From positions 1 to 14,592 of the forward strand of contig CAISYQ010000263.1 in assembly GCA_903889735.1 (NCBI GenBank): a DNA stretch of 14,592 bases, in the 5' to 3' direction. The notes under the pieces were generated by a model. That model saw nothing but the letters and a program-made list of their open reading frames with translations, searched no databases and was not told the DNA's origin. Source of the DNA: an uncultured Methylibium sp. (GTDB taxonomy: Bacteria; Pseudomonadota; Gammaproteobacteria; Burkholderiales; Burkholderiaceae_C). Numbering within the stretch: the stretch's first letter is position 1; each line of letters opens with the position of its first letter. The position numbers and the translations under genes are program-made. This document shows, one piece after another, positions 6,047 to 12,432 of this stretch.

Positions 6047-6838
6047 TCACTCAGCGGCGGCTGGCATGGCGGCATCGACCTGTTTGAACAGCTCGGCCAT
6101 GCGCATCAGCACTTGCAGCAACACGCCGCCCAGCGCCAGACCGGTCCAGCCCAGGATGGGGAAGCCCCAGTGCAGCGGGTGGCTGAAGATCTCCTCGGTC
6201 AACCAGAAGGCGTGGCCCCACTCGTTGTAGCCGAGGTTGGGCAGGATCAGCCCTGGGCCGAGCACGGCCATGATCAGCGGCACCGAGAAGGAGTCGGCAA
6301 AGCGCGGGATGCGCGTCATCGCGTAGAGCATGGTGCTGACCCCGAGCACGATGTAGAGCGGCACGCAGGCATAGAACAGCACGATGTGGCTGGGCGTCAG
6401 TGCCGTGTCGCGGATCACCGTCTGGTGCCAGGTGGCATCACCCTCACCGTAGAAGCTGGCCACCCACAGGAAGGAGAAGGTGTAGACGATGAACCAGGCG
6501 ACCAGGTTGAAGTGCCGACGCAGCTCGGTCTCGGGCGACAGGCGGTCCATGTGCTTGTCCCGGCTCATCCACAGGTAGAGCCACATCACGATGCCGGTGC
6601 CGAAGATCAGCGGCACCTCCAGCTTGAAGAGCGTCACCCAGTGGGTCGCGAATTCCGGCGTGGTGGAGTCCAGGCCGTACTTGAAGGCGAAGGCCTGCTG
6701 GTAGAAGCGCAGCCCCACATAGATGGCCATCAGCACGCCCCAACCGATCGCCACCGGGGCGACGTTGAACATCTTGCGTTCCTTGGGGGCGACCGCTGCG
6801 CGGGGCAGCAGGTTTGGGGAAGCCGCTTGGGTCAGCAT
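6047..6838 (-). CDS. pmoC: Copper membrane monooxygenase subunit C (PmoC/AmoC family)
   Basis: FYGEGDATWHQTVIRDTALTPSHIVLFY and LPNLGYNEWGHAFWLTEEIFSHPLHWGF are hallmark PmoC blocks. I chose ATG 6838..6836 (M29 of track ORF 6047..6922). It is preceded by the SD AGGAGA (revcomp of 6845..6850) at 6-nt spacing. The upstream 28 codons look non-coding. Confidence 0.95.
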   Translation of the reverse strand: MLTQAASPNLLPRAAVAPKERKMFNVAPVAIGWGVLMAIYVGLRFYQQAFAFKYGLDSTTPEFATHWVTLFKLEVPLIFGTGIVMWLYLWMSRDKHMDRLSPETELRRHFNLVAWFIVYTFSFLWVASFYGEGDATWHQTVIRDTALTPSHIVLFYACVPLYIVLGVSTMLYAMTRIPRFADSFSVPLIMAVLGPGLILPNLGYNEWGHAFWLTEEIFSHPLHWGFPILGWTGLALGGVLLQVLMRMAELFKQVDAAMPAAAE

Positions 6839-7100
6839 GGTCGTTCTCCTGAGTGACGATGAGGAACAGATCGGGGTCGTGGGGGGATCGTCAGCACAGG
6901 CGATGACGACTCCCAAAACCAATGCCCTTCAACAACGACCGCCAACAAGGGCGAGGCGTTGCCAAGGCGATCCACAGTGTTGCACAGCAACCGCACCCGG
7001 AGAACGGGTATTCACCCCCATAGATGCCGACCGAGGGTGGGCACCCTCCCCTACCCGCCGCCTGAAGACGGGGTTCCGCACACCCGCTGTCAGGCGGGTG
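6839..7100 (-). promoter_or_regulatory. pmoC promoter plus structured 5' leader (exact promoter not identified)
   Basis: 262-nt non-coding gap, less GC-rich than the flanks, ending in a strong SD. Several short inverted repeats are present. TGACGAT (6854..6860), ATCGTCA (6887..6893) and TGACGA (6904..6909) could form alternative hairpins. Others are GTTGC-ACA-GCAAC (6979..6991), ACCCG-GAGAA-CGGGT (6995..7009) and GAGGGT-GGGC-ACCCTC (7033..7048). I found no convincing -35/-10 pair by eye. Confidence 0.4.
7081..7100 (-). terminator. Stem-loop directly after the thioesterase-GNAT stop; weak candidate terminator or insulator
   Basis: CACCCGC-tgtcag-GCGGGTG forms a 7-bp GC-rich stem with a 6-nt loop. 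It abuts the stop codon at 7103..7101. No U-tract follows on the minus strand (…GCGGGUG UGCGGAACCCC), so it is not a canonical intrinsic terminator. Confidence 0.25.
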
Positions 7101-7964
7101 TCAAAGCGTCTGCGCCATGGCCTGGTGCGGCAGACCGGCCTCCTGGAACGCCGCCCCGATCGCTGCAAAGCCGTGCCGGGCGTAGAAGCCCACGGCCGAG
7201 GCCTGGGCGTGGAGCACCACCTCGCGGTCCTCACGAGCGCGGGCGGCGGTCAGCAAGGCGTCGAGCACCGCCCTGCCCGCCCCGGCGCCACGCAGCAGGG
7301 AGCAGGTCGCCATGCGGCCGACCTTGGAGACCCCAGACCTGACCGCCACCAGCCTCCCGCAGGCCAGAGGCAGGCCCAGGCGGTTGAAGGCCACGGCATG
7401 CACCGCTCCGGCGTCGGCATCGTCCGTGAGCAGGTCGGCGGCGATGCCCTGCTCCACCACGAACACCTCCTGCCGGATCGCAGTCGATGCGCCGGCCCAC
7501 TCGGACCAAGCCCCGACGCTCACCTCGAGCATGGGCTCGCCCGCCTCGAAGCCCAGGAGCAGTGCGCGCAGCCCGGCAGGCACAGGCTGGGGCGTCTGGG
7601 CCGTGGCGTCGGCGAATACGTAGACCAACTCGCCACTGACCAGCAGACGCTCCTGCCGGAAGACGGCGCCGCGCAGGAGGATGGAGCTGTTGCCGATCCG
7701 CTCGCAGCGCACGCCGATCTCCAACGTCTCGTCGAAGCGCGCCGAGGCGTGGTACTCGAGCGTGGCCTTGCGCACGAAGAGGTCGCCGCCGAAATGCTGC
7801 AGCGTGGCCTCATAGGGCAGCGCCATCGCCCGCCACCAGCCCGCCACGGCGGTGTCCAGGTACATCAGGTAATGACCGTTGAAGACGATGCGCTGCAGGT
7901 CAACCTCGGCCCAGCGCACACGCAGCCTCTCGAGGTGGCGGAAATGGCCTCGCTCCAGATCCAT
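7101..7964 (-). CDS. Fusion protein: N-terminal YbgC/4HBT-type hotdog acyl-CoA thioesterase plus C-terminal GNAT N-acetyltransferase
   Basis: ATG 7964..7962 is preceded by AAGGAGG (revcomp of 7972..7978) at 7-nt spacing. The track ORF extends to 8078 but that part looks non-coding. The N-terminal half reads LRVRWAEVDLQRIVFNGHYLMYLDTAVAGWW...IGNSSILL (4HBT/YbgC pattern with the Asp). The C-terminal half reads IRQEVFVVEQG...AVHAVAF...GRLV...KVGRMATCSLLRGAGAGRAVLDALL...LHAQASAVGFYARHGF (GNAT motif A, R/Q-x-x-G-x-G/A). Confidence 0.85.
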   Translation of the reverse strand: MDLERGHFRHLERLRVRWAEVDLQRIVFNGHYLMYLDTAVAGWWRAMALPYEATLQHFGGDLFVRKATLEYHASARFDETLEIGVRCERIGNSSILLRGAVFRQERLLVSGELVYVFADATAQTPQPVPAGLRALLLGFEAGEPMLEVSVGAWSEWAGASTAIRQEVFVVEQGIAADLLTDDADAGAVHAVAFNRLGLPLACGRLVAVRSGVSKVGRMATCSLLRGAGAGRAVLDALLTAARAREDREVVLHAQASAVGFYARHGFAAIGAAFQEAGLPHQAMAQTL

Positions 7965-8076
7965 GGCTCGCCCTCCTTTGGCAGCTTGGGGTGGCGCCGG
8001 CAACGTGGCGCGCCGGCTGGGGGCAAGCATACTGGCGCTCCATCCCTCCGCAACCTGCCTCCGAAGCCCGCCCACC
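7965..8076. promoter_or_regulatory. Divergent intergenic region between the thioesterase-GNAT gene and the alcohol dehydrogenase gene
   Basis: 112-nt gap between divergently oriented starts. It contains a near-direct repeat, GTGGCGCCGGC (7991..8001) and GTGGCGCGCCGGC (8006..8018), and a CATACT -10-like hexamer (8028..8033). No clear -35 element and no SD precede ATG 8077. Confidence 0.25.
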
Positions 8077-9213
8077 ATGCCGCAGATTTTCTACATTACC
8101 CAGATCCAGTTCGATTTCGGCGCGGTCCGCGAGCTGGCGGCCGAGTGCGCGCGCGTCGGCATCCACCGCCCGCTTGTCATCACCGACGCCGGCGTGCGGG
8201 CCGCGGGCGTGCTGCAGCCGGCGCTCAAAGCCCTGCGCGAACTGCCGGTGGCGGTGTTTGACGGTACGCCCTCCAACCCCACCGAGGCGGCCGTGCGCGC
8301 TGCCCGGGCGGTCTGGGACGCCCACCGCGCCGACGGCCTGGTGGCGGTGGGTGGCGGCTCCAGCATCGATCTCGCCAAGGCCCTGGCGATCCATGCCACC
8401 CACCCCGGGCCGCTCAAGACCTACGCCACCATCGAGGGCGGCTCCACCCTCATCACCGCGGCGGTCGCCCCGCTGATCGCCGTGCCCACCACCGCCGGGA
8501 CCGGCAGCGAGGTGGCGCGCGGCGCCATCCTCATCGTCGATGACGGCCGCAAGCTGGGATTCCACAGCTGGCACCTGGTGCCGCGCGCGGCCATCTGCGA
8601 TCCAGAACTCACGCTCGGCCTGCCCGCCGGCCTGACGGCGGCCACTGGCATGGATGCGGTGGCCCACTGCATGGAGACCTTTCTCTCGGCCGCCTTCAAC
8701 CCGCCCGCCGACGGCATCGCACTCGATGGCCTGGCCCGAGCCTGGACACACATCGAGCGCGCCACCCGCGACGGCAGCGACCGCGAGGCGCGTCGCCAGA
8801 TGATGAGCGCCTCCATGCAGGGCGCGATGGCCTTCCAGAAAGGCCTGGGCTGCGTGCACAGCCTCAGCCACAGCCTGGGCGGCGTGAACCCGCGCCTGCA
8901 CCACGGCACGCTCAACGCGATGTTCCTGCCGGCGGTGCTGCGTTTCAACGCGCAGGCCGAGAGCGTGCGGGCCGAGAAACGCCTGGAACGCATGGCGCAG
9001 GCCATGGGCCTGGCCTCGGCCGGCGATGTGGCCGTCGCGGTGGCCGACATGAACGCACGCCTGGGCCTGCCCACGGGCTTGGCCGCCCTGGGGGTGGCAC
9101 AGAACGCTTTCGACCACATCGTCGCAGGCGCACTGGCCGATCACTGCCACAAGACCAATCCGCGTGTCGCGGGTGCCGACGACTACCGACAGATGCTGAC
9201 CGAGGCGCTATGA
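8077..9213 (+). CDS. Iron-containing (family III) NAD(P)-dependent alcohol dehydrogenase, 4-hydroxybutyrate-dehydrogenase-like
   Basis: M67 of track ORF 7879..9213. The product starts MPQIFYITQIQFDFGAVRELAAEC. Other blocks are FDGTPSNPTE, VAVGGGSSIDLAKA (GGGSxxDxAK), PLIAVPTTAGTGSEV, and the metal His blocks MDAVAHCMETF and CVHSLSHSLGG...LHHG. The whole length resembles the Cupriavidus Gbd-type enzyme as I recall it. Confidence 0.9.
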   Translation: MPQIFYITQIQFDFGAVRELAAECARVGIHRPLVITDAGVRAAGVLQPALKALRELPVAVFDGTPSNPTEAAVRAARAVWDAHRADGLVAVGGGSSIDLAKALAIHATHPGPLKTYATIEGGSTLITAAVAPLIAVPTTAGTGSEVARGAILIVDDGRKLGFHSWHLVPRAAICDPELTLGLPAGLTAATGMDAVAHCMETFLSAAFNPPADGIALDGLARAWTHIERATRDGSDREARRQMMSASMQGAMAFQKGLGCVHSLSHSLGGVNPRLHHGTLNAMFLPAVLRFNAQAESVRAEKRLERMAQAMGLASAGDVAVAVADMNARLGLPTGLAALGVAQNAFDHIVAGALADHCHKTNPRVAGADDYRQMLTEAL

Positions 9214-9260
9214 GCCCCCGATGCGCCCGGTCCGCCTTCCATCCATGGACGGCATATCCC

Positions 9261-9266
9261 TAGAAT
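9261..9266 (+). promoter_or_regulatory. Possible -10 hexamer (TAGAAT) for the SBP/kinase operon
   Basis: TAGAAT lies 32 nt upstream of ATG 9298 in the 84-nt gap after the ADH stop. Only poor -35 candidates exist (TTCCAT/TCCATC). An 8-bp palindrome TCCATGGA lies at 9242..9249. Confidence 0.2.
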
Positions 9267-9297
9267 CGAAGGGTTTTCACCAAGCAAGGATGCTGCC

Positions 9298-10092
9298 ATG
9301 GCCTTCACTCATCTCGCATCCAGATCGGTCCGGACCGCGCTTGTGGCGCTTGCCGGCCTCCTGTCGGTTGCGGCGGCCTCGGCCCAGGAAAACAGCCTGC
9401 TGATCTACTGCGGCATCACCATGGTGAGGCCGATCACCGAGCTGGCGCGCAGTTTCGAGCAGCAGGAAAAGATCAAGATCGACATCTCCCAGGGGGGCTC
9501 CGAAGACCTCTACCGGAGCGTGCGCAAGAGCCGCACGGGCGACCTCTACCTCCCCGGGGAGCCCTCCTACCGCAGCAAGTACCTTGCCGAGGGCCTGCTG
9601 GGCGACGTCAAGGTGGTCGGCTACAACCAGATGGCGATCTTCGTGCCCAAGGGCAACCCGAAGAAGGTGCAGCCCGACCTGAAGGAACTGCTGCGCAAGG
9701 ACCTGGTCCTGACGATCGGCAATGCCGAGAGCGGCAGCGTTGGCCAGGAATCCAAGGCCATACTCGACCGCGCCAACCTGTATCCCAAGGTCGTCTCGCA
9801 GGCCGCCTTCCTGATGCCCGATTCGAGGGCCATCAACCTCGCCCTCAAGCGCGGCGATGCGGATGCGGCGTTGAACTGGCGCGCCACCGCCTTTTTCCCT
9901 GACAACGCCCCCCAGATCGATGTGGTGGATCTCGATCCCCGCATCGCCAAGCCGCAGGCGCTGCTGCTCAACCTGCTCACTTTCTCTCGCAACCCCACAC
10001 TGGCCGCCAAGTTCATGGCCTATGCCGCCTCCGGCGAGGGCCAGGCGGTGTTCCGCAAGTACGGCTTCCTGGACAACAGCCAGGTCCGCTGA
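9298..10092 (+). CDS. Periplasmic type-II substrate-binding protein, ModA/oxyanion-binding-like fold (probable sensor co-receptor)
   Basis: SD AAGGA (9286..9290). Signal peptide MAFTHLASRSVRTALVALAGLLSVAAASA|QE. The pattern LLIYCGITMVRPITELARSFEQQEKIKIDISQGGSEDLYRSV...GDLYLPG resembles ModA-type binding proteins (ModA has AAASL...SFGSSG...DVFISA). However, the canonical anion-binding Ser positions are changed. No ABC permease or ATPase gene follows; a sensor kinase does. Confidence 0.8.
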   Translation: MAFTHLASRSVRTALVALAGLLSVAAASAQENSLLIYCGITMVRPITELARSFEQQEKIKIDISQGGSEDLYRSVRKSRTGDLYLPGEPSYRSKYLAEGLLGDVKVVGYNQMAIFVPKGNPKKVQPDLKELLRKDLVLTIGNAESGSVGQESKAILDRANLYPKVVSQAAFLMPDSRAINLALKRGDADAALNWRATAFFPDNAPQIDVVDLDPRIAKPQALLLNLLTFSRNPTLAAKFMAYAASGEGQAVFRKYGFLDNSQVR

Positions 10093-10107
10093 CCCGCGGT
10101 CGACGCC

Positions 10108-12420
10108 GTGCACCGCCCGATCGAGACCGCGACCGCCTCGGGCAAGGCCGGACTGGCCCTGCTCGGCCTGTTCCTGGCGGGTTTCTCGGCCATCGTCGGT
10201 GTCAGCGTGGTGATCTCCAGCCTGATCGCGGACCTGGACCGCCAGAGCGCCAACGAGCGCGCGCGGCTGGTCGTCGGTGAGGAGATCGTGACCACGGTGC
10301 ACCAGATCGAACGGCTGTTCTACCAGCTGCCTCAGCTCACGAGCGAGGCCAGCCGAGCGCGACCGCTCAAGCAGATCGCCGAGGCCACGCAACACATCGA
10401 CGATGCCCTGGCCGTGCTCCAGCGCGGAGGCCGGCTGCAGCGGCGGGTGGCGCTCAATGTCTATGGCCTCGACGAGATGGTCAGCGAGGTGATCTACCGA
10501 CCCTCGGGCGACGCGGAGAAGGTCGTGCTGGAGGTCATCGAGATCGCGCCGCATGCGGACCAGATCAGGGAGCGCATGGTGGTGCTGCAAGACCTGCTCC
10601 AGGCCCGCGATGCCTGCGCCGACGCCGATCTGGCCTGCCGGCAGTCGGTGGGCGAGCGCCTGAGTGTCTACTTCAAGGTCACGCCGGCATTCTTCTTTCG
10701 CCTCGGCGAAAACGCCAACCGCCTGCTGTTCGAGAGCAACAAGCTGCTGACCGATCTGGAGCAGCGGCTGGCCGAGCAGCAACGCAACCTGCGCCGCACC
10801 CAGCTCGGCGTGGTGATCCTGGTGGTGTTCTCGGTCATGGGGCTGAGCGGCTTTTTCCTGCGCCGCATCAACGCCGCACATGGCCAGATGCAGAGGGCCA
10901 TGGAACAGGCCGAGGCAGCCAACCGGGCGAAGTCAGAGTTCCTCGCCAACATGAGCCATGAGATCCGCACGCCGATGAACGCCATCCTGGGCTTCGCGCA
11001 GCTCATGCAGGAATCCGAGCTCCCCAAGCGCCAGCGCGCCCATCTTGACAGCGTGCAGAGAGCGGCTCGCGCGTTGCTGCGCATCCTCAACGACATCCTT
11101 GACTACTCCAAGATCGAGGCCGGCCGCCTGGATCTGGAGGTGGCGCCCTTCGACCTGCCCGAGCTGCTGGCCGGCGTGGAGGACCTGTTCTCCTTCCAGG
11201 TCTCGGACAAGGGGTTGCGGCTCGAGGTCCGCATCGATCCCACGCTGCCAAGTGCCCTGCTCGGCGACGCCACGCGCCTGCGGCAGGTGCTCGTCAATTT
11301 GGTGGGCAATGCGCTGAAGTTCACCGAATCCGGCGGCATCCGGGTCGACATCGAGCGCGGCCCGCAGGAGGGTGCCGACCTGGCGCTGGCGGTGGCCGTG
11401 CAGGACACCGGCATCGGCATGAGCGCCGAGCAGCTGGCCCGCATCTTCTCGGCCTTCTCCCAGGCCGACACCTCGATCACGCGGCGCTTTGGCGGCACCG
11501 GGCTGGGGCTCTCGATCTCCAGCCAGTTGGTTGCCCTGATGGGGGGCCAGCTCTCGGCGGACAGCCAGCCGGGCCGGGGGTCGACCTTCCGCTTCACGGT
11601 CCGGGTGGGCATCGCACCCCACGGCGGACAGGCCGCGCCGGCATCGGCGACGCCCGCCCAGGACGGCAGCGCCTGCCTGGCGCAGGCAGCGCGCCTGAAG
11701 GGCGCCAAGGCCTTGCTGGTGGAGGACATGGAGGCCAACCGCATGCTCCTGACGGCCCTGCTCGAGGGACTGGGCATGGCGGTCACCTCCGCGGTCAACG
11801 GCCGCGAGGCGGTGGAGCGCTGCGCCAGCGAGCGCTTCGACGTCATCCTGATGGATCTGCAGATGCCCGAGATGGACGGCTTTGAGGCCACCCGCCGCAT
11901 CCGGGCCGATCACCCGCAGGACGCGCCACCGGTGATCGCGGTATCGGCCTCGGCCCTGCTGCGCGACCGCCAGGCCTGCCTGGCCGCGGGGATGGTCGAC
12001 CATGTGGCCAAACCCATCGAGCGGGATCGCTTGCTTGCCTCCTTGCTGCAGTGGATTCCGGTGACCGCGGTGGCTGTCGATCCAGGTCCCGCGGCAGAGG
12101 ATGGTGCGCAGGGGGGGGCATCCGCTGACGCAGGCTCCCCGGCCTCACAGCTCGGGGGCCGGGCGCCGATACCGCCGGCGGGACGCGGTACCGACAAGCC
12201 GCTCGACCGGGCCGCGCTCGATCCGCTCCTGGCCGAGCTCGGACCGCTGTTGCAGAACAACCTCATGACGGCCCGACGGGTCGTCGAATCCATCGAGACC
12301 CTGGTCGAGGACACTGCGGTGTCTGGCGCCTTCCAGCCGGTGTCCGACGCCACGGGCAAGCTGCGGTTCAAGGACGCCCTGGCTGCCCTGGCCAGGTTCC
12401 GGGCCGACATGGCCCTCTGA
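10108..12420 (+). CDS. Membrane hybrid sensor histidine kinase (TM - ~190-aa periplasmic helical domain - TM - HisKA - HATPase_c - REC - His-less C-terminal helical tail)
   Basis: GTG start lies 15 nt after the SBP stop. TM1 is GLALLGLFLAGFSAIVGVSVVISSLI. TM2 is LGVVILVVFSVMGLSGFFL. H-box is [15 protein letters not shown] (H284, nt 10957..10959). N/G boxes are VNLVGNALKFT, DTGIGM, GGTGLGLSIS. The REC acceptor is ILMDLQMPEMDG (D583, nt 11854..11856), with KPI present. The last ~80 aa contain no His, so this is not a functional Hpt. Confidence 0.9.
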   Translation: MHRPIETATASGKAGLALLGLFLAGFSAIVGVSVVISSLIADLDRQSANERARLVVGEEIVTTVHQIERLFYQLPQLTSEASRARPLKQIAEATQHIDDALAVLQRGGRLQRRVALNVYGLDEMVSEVIYRPSGDAEKVVLEVIEIAPHADQIRERMVVLQDLLQARDACADADLACRQSVGERLSVYFKVTPAFFFRLGENANRLLFESNKLLTDLEQRLAEQQRNLRRTQLGVVILVVFSVMGLSGFFLRRINAAHGQMQRAMEQAEAANRAKSEFLANMSHEIRTPMNAILGFAQLMQESELPKRQRAHLDSVQRAARALLRILNDILDYSKIEAGRLDLEVAPFDLPELLAGVEDLFSFQVSDKGLRLEVRIDPTLPSALLGDATRLRQVLVNLVGNALKFTESGGIRVDIERGPQEGADLALAVAVQDTGIGMSAEQLARIFSAFSQADTSITRRFGGTGLGLSISSQLVALMGGQLSADSQPGRGSTFRFTVRVGIAPHGGQAAPASATPAQDGSACLAQAARLKGAKALLVEDMEANRMLLTALLEGLGMAVTSAVNGREAVERCASERFDVILMDLQMPEMDGFEATRRIRADHPQDAPPVIAVSASALLRDRQACLAAGMVDHVAKPIERDRLLASLLQWIPVTAVAVDPGPAAEDGAQGGASADAGSPASQLGGRAPIPPAGRGTDKPLDRAALDPLLAELGPLLQNNLMTARRVVESIETLVEDTAVSGAFQPVSDATGKLRFKDALAALARFRADMAL

Positions 12421-12432
12421 AGCCTCACCCCC

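Noticed and set aside
6945-6966. Sigma-54-like element on the minus strand (TGGCAA-CGCCT-CGCC) upstream of pmoC
   Set aside because: The GG element is acceptable. However, the -12 GC is displaced by one position and the TTGC core is absent. No enhancer-binding-protein gene is visible in the window. This is too weak to call.
6113-8261. Long plus-strand ORFs 6113..6856 and 6723..8261, and minus-strand ORFs 6929..7234, 7231..7509, 7520..7813
   Set aside because: These are antisense or off-frame shadows of pmoC and the thioesterase-GNAT gene. They have no motifs and an Arg/Gly/His/Pro-biased composition.
10921-10990. About 70 nt of nucleotide similarity between 10921..10990 and 12910..12979
   Set aside because: Both stretches encode the conserved H-box ([20 protein letters not shown]) of paralogous HisKA domains. 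This is conserved coding sequence, not a repeat element.
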